From assembly GCA_043781315.1 (NCBI GenBank), contig JAYWBR010000269.1, positions 1-35,835 of the forward strand: a DNA stretch of 35,835 nt, given 5' to 3'. Under the pieces are notes generated by a model. That model ran no database searches. It had not been told where the DNA came from and saw nothing but the letters and a program-made list of their open reading frames with translations. Source of the DNA: Verrucomicrobiota bacterium (GTDB lineage: Bacteria > Verrucomicrobiota > Verrucomicrobiia > Limisphaerales > CAIQOK01). This document shows, piece after piece, positions 25,567 through 35,835 of the stretch (positions within the stretch are counted from its first letter, which is position 1; each line of letters opens with the position of its first letter). Position numbers and translations under genes: made by a program.

Positions 25567-28134
25567 TCATTTGACGGTCCTGGCCGTTACGAGGCCGAAG
25601 TCAATGTAGGTGTCGCCGCCCGTGTTGTGGCAGTGGACGGCGATGACGTTCTTGCCGGACTTGAGCGCGCTGCGGCCACGGCGGTTGAAGGAGAAATCTT
25701 CATACGTTCCCGTGGCTCCCGTCGTGCGAATTGCGAGCACGCCGTTGATGAAAACTTCCGCGTCGTCATCGTGATGCAGCCAGCCGAGAATTTCGTCCAA
25801 CTGGCCGACGGACAATTCCACTTCGCGGCGCAGCCAGATGTCGTCGGTCGTCCACGCGGTGTTGACGATGGCGGCGGAATTGTCCGTTTTGCCGAAACCG
25901 CTTTTGCCTTCCGCCCAAGTGGACGCATCGAAGTCACCGGCGGCCCAATTCGTCGCCGGCTTCGTCGTCGTATAACGCCACAGCGCCGGCTGGGTGTCCG
26001 CCGCTGGAACGATGGCTACAAAACCCGGCAGCTTCGGCATCGGTGCCCAGTTCGCGGCTTTGGTTTTGTCACGCTGCGCGTATTTTTGCCAGACCGGTTT
26101 GTCGTAAAGCATCCGCATCAACACGCCGCCGACTACCGAGCGCGCAGTGAATCCGACTTTTTTCGCGGTCTTTGTTTGATACCAATCCGTCAGCGGCGAA
26201 CGATCCGGTGTGTGGTTGATGAAATGCACGATCGGCGCGACGAGCGCCTCGAAGTCCTCGCGGTTCTGCGTGAGCGTCGCCGTCCAGGTGATCCAGTCGA
26301 GCTTGGTGTATTCCTTGCGGTTGTCGAGCGGCAGGCCAAATTCATTCTGCGTCTTCTTGTAAAAATCCATTTCCTTGCGCGCGACTTCAGCGGGAAAAAG
26401 ATTCAGGCCGAGAACTTTGTCCCAGACCAAATTATATTTCTGGCTCCACGAACCCGGACTGTCGAACGCGAGACGATAATGGTCGCCGTCATTGGCTTCC
26501 TTCACCCAGCGCTGCGCGAACGCGCGCGCGAGTTTGAAATACTCATCCGCCTTCGCGTGGTCGCCGCGCATCTCGCACAGCTTCGCGAACGAGCCGAGAC
26601 CGCAGATCGCCTTCACGCTCAAGTTGACGTTGTGGGCGAGGTGGCCGGCAAAGTCATCTGTGCATAGCTGCTTCTCGGGATCAAAACCTTTTTCCTTCAG
26701 ATAATTCGCCCACTGCTCAAGCTGCTTCCAATAAAGTCCGGCGAACTTCGCATTGCCTTCCATCTCCGCGACGGCGGCGAAGAGGCAGAGCAAGTTTCCA
26801 CTTTCCTCAACCGGCATCTGGTTGTTCACGCCGTGTTCACCGTCGCCATAAACCTGACCGTTCGCTTTCGGATATGTGCCGAGATCGTGCGGGGCGAACG
26901 GAAATTTCCAGCGCTCGCTCGCGGCGTAATTCATGAACGGCACGATGAACGCCTTCGACAGCGTCGGCCCGAACAGCAGAAACTGCGGCGACATCGGATA
27001 GAAAACATCGGACGTGCTGATGCAGCCGTTAGAATGATTTTCCTTGCAGAACTGGAGCGGCTGGCCGTTTTCATCCGCGACAATTTTTCCGGCGGCGAAA
27101 CACTGGCGATAGGCGAGCGCTCCGAGATTCGCGTAATTTTCCCCGCCCGCTTTGGTCAAATCTGCCATGAGTTCCGCGTCAAACGCCGCGCAACGTTTTT
27201 GCAGCGAAGCGTAATCGTGTGCCGACGCTTTCAGCAAATCCGCCGCCTCCCAGCCACTGCGCCGCCAATACGGACGCAGATTTTTTCTCATGTATTGAAT
27301 CGAAAACAAATCATCATAAGCGAGCATCAGCCACGCGGAGGAAACCTGTTTCGGCTTCGCATCGAGATTCAGTTCGCACGCCAGCACGCTGTCGTTGCGG
27401 TCGTTGTTTTGCAAGATGGATTCCGCCGCCGCCGTGGGCACTTTGTTGCCGGTGAGAAAATCCGTGCGCTCCGCGCTGGCAGTGCCGGCAGACACAGTGC
27501 CTTTGACGCCGTCCGCCAGCGCGACGTAAAAATAGCCCCAGTCAATCCGCAGGTCGTCGCCGCGTTTTTGCAAAACGGGCTGCTCCACCGTGCCGACGCG
27601 CCACGCTTTGATCTCTGCGGAATCAGCTTTCTGAAAATTCACGGCCTGTTCCGGCGTGTTGCAGGCAATCGCTCCAGACGCGTCGAAGTAAGCGGAGACT
27701 TTGTGACTCTGGTCATCGGTCGAGCGCGCTTCCCACGTCAGATACGTCACGGGGCGCGACAGCACATCCAAATCATCCGGCAACGCGGGCGTCATGAACG
27801 TGAGCATGAGTTGCACACCTTCGCCGGCAAACGTGTAAATCGTCCGCGTGGGCAACACTTCAAGTTTGGTTTGCGCGAGCGCGGGGACATCCGATGGCTC
27901 GGTGCCCATGACGCGGAAATTTTTTCCGTCAATCTTCACCAGTCCGGTCAGGCGGCGAGTTTTGCCGGTCCAATGCGTCGTGTCGGCGTCGGTCAATTTA
28001 TCGGCCGGCGACCACAGGCTGAAATACGGATCGCACGCCACGAGCGGCACGGATGGCGGGCGGAACGTCTCGGCGTGGAGGCCCAATGCGGCCAGCAACC
28101 CGGCGGCCAGATGAAACATTGGATTTTTTTTCAT
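25567..28134 (-). CDS. Glutaminase GtaA-like protein (DUF4964/DUF5127/DUF4965-type, six-hairpin fold) with C-terminal galactose-binding-like domain
   Basis: 'FRPPSVPLVACDPYFSLWS', 'LRIDWGYFY', 'KENHSNGCISTSDVFYP', 'FAPHDLGTYP', 'MPVEESGN', 'QLCTDDFAG', 'WSQKYNLVWD' and tail 'DIWLRR...HDDDAEVFING'. Start moved to ATG 28134. Confidence 0.87.
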   Translation of the reverse strand: MKKNPMFHLAAGLLAALGLHAETFRPPSVPLVACDPYFSLWSPADKLTDADTTHWTGKTRRLTGLVKIDGKNFRVMGTEPSDVPALAQTKLEVLPTRTIYTFAGEGVQLMLTFMTPALPDDLDVLSRPVTYLTWEARSTDDQSHKVSAYFDASGAIACNTPEQAVNFQKADSAEIKAWRVGTVEQPVLQKRGDDLRIDWGYFYVALADGVKGTVSAGTASAERTDFLTGNKVPTAAAESILQNNDRNDSVLACELNLDAKPKQVSSAWLMLAYDDLFSIQYMRKNLRPYWRRSGWEAADLLKASAHDYASLQKRCAAFDAELMADLTKAGGENYANLGALAYRQCFAAGKIVADENGQPLQFCKENHSNGCISTSDVFYPMSPQFLLFGPTLSKAFIVPFMNYAASERWKFPFAPHDLGTYPKANGQVYGDGEHGVNNQMPVEESGNLLCLFAAVAEMEGNAKFAGLYWKQLEQWANYLKEKGFDPEKQLCTDDFAGHLAHNVNLSVKAICGLGSFAKLCEMRGDHAKADEYFKLARAFAQRWVKEANDGDHYRLAFDSPGSWSQKYNLVWDKVLGLNLFPAEVARKEMDFYKKTQNEFGLPLDNRKEYTKLDWITWTATLTQNREDFEALVAPIVHFINHTPDRSPLTDWYQTKTAKKVGFTARSVVGGVLMRMLYDKPVWQKYAQRDKTKAANWAPMPKLPGFVAIVPAADTQPALWRYTTTKPATNWAAGDFDASTWAEGKSGFGKTDNSAAIVNTAWTTDDIWLRREVELSVGQLDEILGWLHHDDDAEVFINGVLAIRTTGATGTYEDFSFNRRGRSALKSGKNVIAVHCHNTGGDTYIDFGLVTARTVK

Positions 28135-28311
28135 AAAAGTATTTTGGATTGTCACCGCATGATTTTGCCTGAAGGAAAATGCTGCGTTGAGAATCGGCCA
28201 CAGGCTAACGACATCGCCCGGTGAAGGCTTGTGGCATGAAAAGGCCACGCCACCCGTCTGCTTGGACTATTGCCGCCACGCGGCCGGCAGACTAGCCTTT
28301 CAAACAATTCT

Positions 28312-30021
28312 ATGAATCGTCAAACGCCGGCTCATTTTTTGTCTGCATGGAAAAGGGCTTTGCTGCTTACCTGCCTCACCGTGCTCGCCGCAAATTCTTT
28401 GTCGGCAGAGATAAAAACTTCGCCGCCGAACATCATCGTGATTCTCGCGGATGACCTTGGCTTCTCGGACCTCGGCTGTTTTGGTTCGGAAATTTCCACG
28501 CCCAATTTGGATCGCATGGCCGCCGGTGGTTTGCGGATGACGCAGTTTTACACCACGCCGCGCTGCTGTCCGTCGCGCGCCGCGCTGCTCACGGGGCTGT
28601 ATCCGCAGCAGGCTGGGATCGGCTACATGATGGAAGATCGCGGGCTGCCCGGCTATCGCGGCGAGCTGGCCACGAACTGCCTGACCATCGCAGAGGAATT
28701 GCGCCGCGCGAATTATCACACGGCGATGGTCGGAAAATGGCACCAGTCGCACATCGCCTTCGACGGAAAAAAACAGTTGAACTACGAAACGAACGAACCG
28801 TTCTGGGACGACAAACAGGGCTGGCCGTTGCAACGCGGCTTCGAGGAATACTTCGGCATCATCCACGGCGTGGCCAGTTATTATGATCCGTTCTCGCTGG
28901 TGCGCGGCAACACGCCCGTCCGCGCGGAGGGGACGAATTTTTATTTCACTGACGCGCTCACGGAAAATGCCGTGGCCGACATCAACCGTCTGGCCGGCGG
29001 CGACAAACCGTTTTTTCTCTACGTTGCCTACACCGCGCCGCACTGGCCGTTGCAGGCGCCGGAAAAAGACATCGCTAAAAACCGTCAGCGTTATCTCGCC
29101 GGCTGGGACGCCATCCGCACAAACCGTTATCAGCGGCAGATTGAACTCGGCGTGATTGATAAAAGTTGGGCGCTCTCGCCACACGATGCGCGCGTGGGCG
29201 ACTGGAGCAACGTGAAGGACAAGGAGTGGGAAGCAAACCGCATGGCGACTTACGCCGCGATGATTGAACATGTTGATGTTGGCGTTGGGAAAATTTTCCA
29301 GTCGTTGCGGGAAAAGGGCGTTGAGACCAACACGCTGGTAATTTTCTTTTCCGACAACGGCGGTTGCGCCGAAGTGCTCGAACCCGACTGGTATGATTTG
29401 CCCAGCCGCACGCGCGACGGACGCACCATCGCCGTGGGCAATGGCAACCACGCCGTCTTCGCCGGACCAGAAACCGTCTGGCAAAGCTACGGCGTGCCGT
29501 GGGCGAATGTGAGCGACACGCCGTTCCTGCTCTACAAACATTTCACACACGAGGGCGGCATCGCGTCGCCGTTCATCGCGCACTGGCCGGCGGTGATCCA
29601 GAACGGCGGGAAAATTTCCGGCCAGCTTGGTCATGTCACCGACATCATGGCCACGGCGGTGGAAATTTCCGGCGCGAAACATCCGGCCAATCTTGACGGC
29701 CGCGTGATTCAGCCGTTGGAAGGAAAAAGTTTGCTGCCCGTCTTCGAGGGCAGAACCCGCGTGCAGGCTGCGCCGGTTTTCTGGGAGCATGAAGGCAACC
29801 GCGCCGTGCGTTTGCAGCAATGGAAACTCGTCGCGCGCCAGGGACAGGACTGGGAGCTTTACAATGTCGAGGCCGACCGCACGGAGCAGAAAAATCTGGC
29901 GGCAACGCGTCCTGAAATAGTGAAGGAGCTTTCCAATTTATATGACACGTGGGCCAAACGCTGCCACGTCGTGCCCTTTGACCGGCTTCCGCCGGAGCGC
30001 CGGATAATATCGGCAGATTGA
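28312..30021 (+). CDS. Arylsulfatase (Cys-type, formylglycine-dependent S1 sulfatase), exported
   Basis: 'PNIIVILADDLG', signature CCPSRAALLTG, 'GKWH', 'YTAPHWPLQA', 'SDNG', 'EGGI' and a signal peptide. Start moved to ATG 28312. Confidence 0.95.
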   Translation: MNRQTPAHFLSAWKRALLLTCLTVLAANSLSAEIKTSPPNIIVILADDLGFSDLGCFGSEISTPNLDRMAAGGLRMTQFYTTPRCCPSRAALLTGLYPQQAGIGYMMEDRGLPGYRGELATNCLTIAEELRRANYHTAMVGKWHQSHIAFDGKKQLNYETNEPFWDDKQGWPLQRGFEEYFGIIHGVASYYDPFSLVRGNTPVRAEGTNFYFTDALTENAVADINRLAGGDKPFFLYVAYTAPHWPLQAPEKDIAKNRQRYLAGWDAIRTNRYQRQIELGVIDKSWALSPHDARVGDWSNVKDKEWEANRMATYAAMIEHVDVGVGKIFQSLREKGVETNTLVIFFSDNGGCAEVLEPDWYDLPSRTRDGRTIAVGNGNHAVFAGPETVWQSYGVPWANVSDTPFLLYKHFTHEGGIASPFIAHWPAVIQNGGKISGQLGHVTDIMATAVEISGAKHPANLDGRVIQPLEGKSLLPVFEGRTRVQAAPVFWEHEGNRAVRLQQWKLVARQGQDWELYNVEADRTEQKNLAATRPEIVKELSNLYDTWAKRCHVVPFDRLPPERRIISAD

Positions 30022-30202
30022 TCACGGAACTGGCGCGGGACGCTGCCACGCGTCGGCGAGATCGAGCCGGCCGAGCATTTGGTTGTAATCGTAGCCCGAC
30101 TCCGTGATTTTCAAATAGGCTCAGGAGCTTTCTGCCACCCATGTGGCATCGAGATTCACCCCAACCTCGGTGCCGCGCCTACTTGGCTGGCCCGTCATGC
30201 GG

Positions 30203-30904
30203 CTAAGTCAGGCGCAGGAGAAAAAGCAGCGGCCACCCGACATATTTTCGAGCACGCTCCGAGCGCGCAGCCAGCGCCTCATCCACCTCATGCTCGCTGG
30301 CGTGAGCCAGCGTCCAACCGGCGGCGAGCACCGCATTGATGTAACCGGTCAGTTGATGGCGCGTGCTGGCGGGTCTGGTTTCCCGCCCCGTAGTCCGGTC
30401 GGTGAACCGGGCTTCTACTCCGCGCAACAACATCGCGGGATGCATCACCGAGATCACGGCAAAACCGGCGGGGCTGCAAACGCGGCGCATCTCGGCAAAC
30501 AAGGGCGTCAACTCCGGGATGTGATCCAGCACCAGTCCACAGATGATCCGGTCGAAGGAAGCGTCGGCAAAAGTCAGCGGCCGGGTCAGGTCATGCGCGC
30601 AAAAACTTATCGGCAGACTGCCAGCCCGGTCACGCGCCCGCGCCAACATGCCCTCGGAGAAATCAACCGCCGTGACTTGCGCACCAGCCGCAGCGAGTCG
30701 CAGCGCATGACGGCCCGTGCCGCAACCGAGATCCAAAATCCGCAGTCCGCTGACCGGCTCCAAGAGTTCGGCCACCTTGGGTTCCTCCAAGGCGATCAAC
30801 GGATTATCTTCGTCGTCGTAACATGCCGACCAACGATCGTAGCCTTCACGAGTCGGGAGGCGATCCACCGGAGGCGCAGGGTTTGGTGTGCTGGGGTTAT
30901 TCAT
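30203..30904 (-). CDS. Class I SAM-dependent methyltransferase
   Basis: 'GYDRWSACYD', 'ILDLGCGTGR', 'VDFSEGML' and 'FADASFD'. Confidence 0.9.
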   Translation of the reverse strand: MNNPSTPNPAPPVDRLPTREGYDRWSACYDDEDNPLIALEEPKVAELLEPVSGLRILDLGCGTGRHALRLAAAGAQVTAVDFSEGMLARARDRAGSLPISFCAHDLTRPLTFADASFDRIICGLVLDHIPELTPLFAEMRRVCSPAGFAVISVMHPAMLLRGVEARFTDRTTGRETRPASTRHQLTGYINAVLAAGWTLAHASEHEVDEALAARSERARKYVGWPLLFLLRLT

Positions 30905-30905
30905 C

Positions 30906-31667
30906 TCAGGTTTTCAGGTAGTTGTCGTAAATCATCTTGAGCGTAATGAGGAGAACCATCGTGAGGAAGACGGGCCGGATGAATTTGGTGCCGCGCGTGA
31001 CAACCATGTGGCTGCCCAGTTGCGCACCCAGAGTCTGGCCCGCGCCCATGATGAACCCGGCGGCGAACCAGACTTTGCCCGCGATCAAAAACAGAAGGAG
31101 CGACGCGACGTTGCTCGCCCAGTTGAGCGCCTTGGTGTTCGCCGTGGCACGCGCCATGTTGAATCCCAGTCCGAGCATGAACGCCAGCGCGAGAAACGTG
31201 CCCGTGCCCGGCCCGAGAAATCCGTCATAGACGCCGATGCCGAAAGCGAAAATAAAATCAAACTGGAGGCGTGACATGCGCGGATGGATGTCCGCCGCGC
31301 CCAACTGCGGCCGCAACCAGACGAAAATCGCGACGGCAAACAGCAGGATGGGCACGACGCGTTTCAGCAGGCCGGGATCAAACTGCTGCACGAGAAAAGT
31401 CCCGCACAGCGAGCCGAGAAACGTGAGCAGGCAAGCGCGCCAGACTTCGCGGAAACTCAACGCGCCCGCGCGGGCGAAGTGAAACGTGGCGCTGCTGGAG
31501 CCGAACGTGGATTGCAGCTTGTTCGTGCCAAGCGCCGTGACCGGGTCGGGGCAGAGGTTCAGCAGCATCGGTAGCGTGAGCAGCCCGCCGCCGCCGGCAA
31601 TCGTGTCCACAAAACCCGCGGTGAGTCCGGTTCCGAACAGCAGCGCGATCTGCACCGGTTCAATCAT
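30906..31667 (-). CDS. TSUP (TauE/SafE, YfcA-like) family membrane transporter
   Basis: 'AGFVDTIAGGGGLLTLP', 'ALGTNKLQS', 'GVYDGFLGPGTGTF' and 'TKALNWASN'. Start moved to ATG 31667. Confidence 0.92.
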   Translation of the reverse strand: MIEPVQIALLFGTGLTAGFVDTIAGGGGLLTLPMLLNLCPDPVTALGTNKLQSTFGSSSATFHFARAGALSFREVWRACLLTFLGSLCGTFLVQQFDPGLLKRVVPILLFAVAIFVWLRPQLGAADIHPRMSRLQFDFIFAFGIGVYDGFLGPGTGTFLALAFMLGLGFNMARATANTKALNWASNVASLLLFLIAGKVWFAAGFIMGAGQTLGAQLGSHMVVTRGTKFIRPVFLTMVLLITLKMIYDNYLKT

Positions 31668-31733
31668 CGCCCCAGCGTAGCGAGGCCGGCCCGAAAGGCA
31701 AACCGCGCTCACCATAAACTCGGAACCGCTTTC

Positions 31734-31761
31734 TTGACTCGCCTCCCGACGTCTTTATGAT
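31734..31761 (+). promoter_or_regulatory. Sigma70-type promoter of eno
   Basis: TTGACT (31734-31739), 16-nt spacer, TATGAT (31756-31761), 40 nt upstream of the ATG. Confidence 0.65.
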
Positions 31762-31792
31762 GCGGCCCCGTTAGTCAGACCAATTCATTTGA

Positions 31793-33091
<1,299 letters not shown>

Positions 33092-33096
33092 GCGTT

Positions 33097-33160
33097 GTAG
33101 CGGCGTCTCGGTAGAGCGCCGCACATCTAAATAATGCGGCGGTCTGCCGACCGCCGCTAC
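33097..33160. repeat. Inverted pair of GTAG-type REP-like palindromes (REPIN-like)
   Basis: GTAGCGGCGTCTCGGTAGAGCGCCGCA (33097-33123) and, on the minus strand, GTAGCGGCGGTCGGCAGACCGCCGCA (33160-33135), separated by an 11-nt spacer. Confidence 0.7.
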
Positions 33161-33173
33161 GCGGAAGAAATTC

Positions 33174-33207
33174 AAAACCCGGAAGCCTTGCGGCCTCCGG
33201 GTTTTTT
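33174..33207. terminator. Bidirectional rho-independent terminator between convergent genes
   Basis: AAAA-CCCGGAAGCC-TTGC-GGCCTCCGGG-TTTTTT (one mismatch in the stem). Confidence 0.85.
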
Positions 33208-33231
33208 ATTTGATCAGCCTTTGGCTTTATT

Positions 33232-35306
33232 TTATTGCGACAAGCGGAAGAAGACGGACGGGTTGGCCGGGTTAATCGTCACGCCGACGCCACTCGTGCC
33301 GCCGCCCGGATAGTCAGACCAGTTGGTGCCGAGGCCGGTGGTCAGGCTGTTGGTTTGCGATTGCAGTTTGAAGGTGGCATCCGTCCAGGTGAACGTCAGG
33401 GTGCTGCCGGATTGGGCGACGCTCAAGGTGGGCGGAGTGCTGCTGGTGGAGACCACGGACAACACACCCGTGGCCGGGTTGAAATTCCAAGTCAGGTTCG
33501 CACCCGGGCTGCCGACGATGCTGGTGAAGTTGCTGGTGTGTGAGCCCGTGGTGAAGATTTGGAACGTGTCGCCCGCAAGGAGGTTGAGGCCGAGATCCGT
33601 GACGGTGAGTGTGCCGCCGTAGTTCACGGCGTTGGCTTTGATCTGGTCGAAGCCGACGCCTTTGTTGATTTCAATCACGGTGTTGCCACCGAGCGTCAGA
33701 GTGTTGCTGATGGTCAGGGTGCCGAGGCCAGAATTTCCAGGGGCAAGCGTGGCGGACGATTGGACGGTGACAGGCCCGCCGATGATGCCGTTGCCGGCCA
33801 GGGTGCCGCCGGCCACGGTCACGCTGCCGCTGCCCGTGCTGCTGAAGTTGGTGTTGGTGCCGGTCAACGAAGCGGAGCCGCCCAGGTTGGTGATCGAGCC
33901 GGAACCGCTGATGTTGTTGGCCAGCGTAAATGCACCGGAGTGGTTCAGAACGACGACCGCGTTGTTGGTCACCGGGCCGGTGCCGAACTGTCCGCGGTTG
34001 GTGCTGCTGCCGTCGCCCAGTTGCAAAATGCCCGCGCTGATGAGCGTGCCGCCGGAGTTCGCATTGTCCAGGGAGAGGATGACTGTTCCCGCCGTGGACT
34101 TGACCATCACGCCGGCACCGCCAAGCTTGCTGGCGCAGAGGCCGCTGCGGAAATCCAGGTTGGTGTTCACGGTCAGGGTTTTGGAGGCACTGCCGGCATT
34201 GAGAATCTGTCCGGCGTTGTCGAGAACGTGCGTGCCGACGGTTTCATTGTGCGCGAGCAGTTCAAAAGTGCCGCCGGCGACGACGACCGTGGCATTGGTG
34301 TTGAACTCGGTGTCGTGCAAAAGCTGGATCGCACCCGTGTTGGTGATGGTGGTCACGACGGCGGGCAGACCGTTGCCGGTGCCGGAATGGTTCAGTTGCA
34401 AAATGCCCGCGCTCACCAGCACCGGGCCGGTGAAGGTGTTCGCGCCGCCACCGTTCGCCAGCGTGACCGTGCCGCCGGTGGTTTTGGTCAGCCCGGCGGT
34501 TCCCGCGAGGTTCGGTGCGAGCAAACCGCTGCGAAGATCATACGTGGCGCCGTTGTTTGTGAAGCCCGTCGAACTGCTGGACGACGGGGACTGCGCGTTG
34601 TTATCAAAAATAAAACCGCCGATGGTTTCGGCTTTTCCGCCGGTATCGAACGTGCCGCCGTTCACCGTCAGGATTCCGGTGTCAGCGATCTGCTCGGCTT
34701 GGAGGAGCTGCACCGTCGCGCCGTTGGTGATGGTCAAGTCGCCGGGAATCACGAGCCGGCCCGCACTGGCTCCGATGATGAGGGTGCCGGCTCCCACCAC
34801 AGTCGGGCCGCTGTTAATGTTGGGCCGCCCGCCTTGAGCACCAGCGTGCCGGCGCCCAGCTTGGTGAAACTGGTGCCGGAAAAAACCACCAGGTTCGTCG
34901 CCGAGACGCCGCTGGCGACGGTGAGGGTCGGGGTTCCAGAAAGGTTGAGTTTGCTGGTGGTCGCGCTGCCCGCTGCAAGGGTGTAGATGCCGCTGCCGGT
35001 CGCGTTGAACGTGATATTGCCCACCGTGTTCGTGGTGGTGGTGGGAACCGTCACCGTCCCGGCCGCGCCGACGCCGGCGCCGAACGTGGCGTTGTCCGGG
35101 GTGGCGTTGTTCCAGGTGACGTTGGCCGCGCCGTCCCACCAGTTGGTGTTGGCGGCCAGTGACGTCCAATTCCCCGAGCCGTCTTGCGCCCCGCTCGTGG
35201 TGATGGCATCGGAGTCCCAGGTTAAATTTGCGGCGGTCAGGTTGAAGGCACCTGCCAGCGTTGCCAGGCTGGTGAGCAGGGACAGTTTAAGGTTGGAGGT
35301 TTTCAT
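33232..35306 (-). pseudogene. Secreted passenger-associated beta-strand repeat protein (~691 aa if restored), split by a 1-nt frameshift near 34822-34830 (pseudogene or sequencing error)
   Basis: Frame 1 runs from ATG 35306 (MKTSNLKLSLL...FTKLGAGTLVLKAGG). Frame 2 continues the same repeat (PNINSGPTVVGAGTL...) to 'NPSVFFRLSQ'. Adding one C on the minus strand joins them. Confidence 0.8.
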
Positions 35307-35365
35307 AGGTTTGGATGTTTGGATTTTATTGGAGATGTGCTGCTGTGGGAAAATCTGGTTGAAAA

Positions 35366-35835
35366 TTATTCCTGAGAACTTTTGTGGCTGGATTGCTGGA
35401 CGAGCAGCTTGCGCCATTTCTTCTGGCCGTTTTTGAGGATGCTGCCCGGTTGCGAACTGTAGTAGTCGTAGCCCAGTTTATTTTTCGCCGCCATCGCGGC
35501 GAACGTGTCATACACGATGCCATCCCGTCCGGGAAAAACCGGCCGGCTGTTCGTCAGATCGTAGAAGCGCGCCCAGCGGATTTCGCTGCCCGAAGCGGCG
35601 ACCTCAAAATATTGCTTACCGTTTGCATTGGTCTTCGATTCGCCGGTGAGCTTGGCGGCCTCGAGCCAAGTCAAACCGCTTTCAATCGCCGCAACGATGT
35701 CAGGCGTGGGGTTGGGGATCGTCATCAGGAATCCCAGGAGGTGGGCGCTTTCCGATCCGCTCAACGTGGCCGGCTCCAGCTTGCGCGCCGGGGCGGGCTG
35801 GAGCGTGAGCGCGTCGTGTTGCGCGCACCAGGCGG
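35366..35835 (-). CDS. pelA: Pectate lyase, PL10/PelA family, 5' end off the window
   Basis: The frame stays open to the window edge: 'AWCAQHDALTLQPAPARKLEPATLSGSES', 'WARFYDLTNSRPVFPGRDG' and 'GYDYY'. Confidence 0.85.
   Translation of the reverse strand, partial: AWCAQHDALTLQPAPARKLEPATLSGSESAHLLGFLMTIPNPTPDIVAAIESGLTWLEAAKLTGESKTNANGKQYFEVAASGSEIRWARFYDLTNSRPVFPGRDGIVYDTFAAMAAKNKLGYDYYSSQPGSILKNGQKKWRKLLVQQSSHKSSQE

Overview
GC-rich bacterial DNA, most likely Verrucomicrobiota (Pedosphaera/Limisphaerales-like; this is inferred from protein styles, not proven). From left to right the window holds: (1) a type IV filament locus with MSHA-like gene order (MshI/PilMN-like, MshJ/PilO-like, MshK-like, MshL-like secretin, pilin, PilB/GspE ATPase, PilC/GspF), plus a divergent prepilin gene cut by the left edge; (2) a TPR/FG-GAP/ASPIC-UnbV lipoprotein, a PKMT-like SAM methyltransferase and a YVTN beta-propeller; (3) a ~2,610-aa exported protein joining autotransporter-passenger repeats, a PQQ-type propeller, PA14 and a diheme cytochrome c domain, with a stand-alone diheme lipoprotein paralog upstream; (4) a GtaA-like six-hairpin protein, an arylsulfatase, a methyltransferase, a TauE/SafE transporter and enolase; (5) a frameshifted passenger-repeat protein and the 3' end of a PL10 pectate lyase. 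The best candidate for a new system is an extracellular carbohydrate-targeted quino(hemo)protein with a diheme partner. It lacks an autotransporter barrel and ends in a short F[YF]R-type C-terminal domain shared with the second passenger protein. I saw no rRNA, tRNA, CRISPR array or transposase. All domain calls come from reading motifs by eye; no searches were run.
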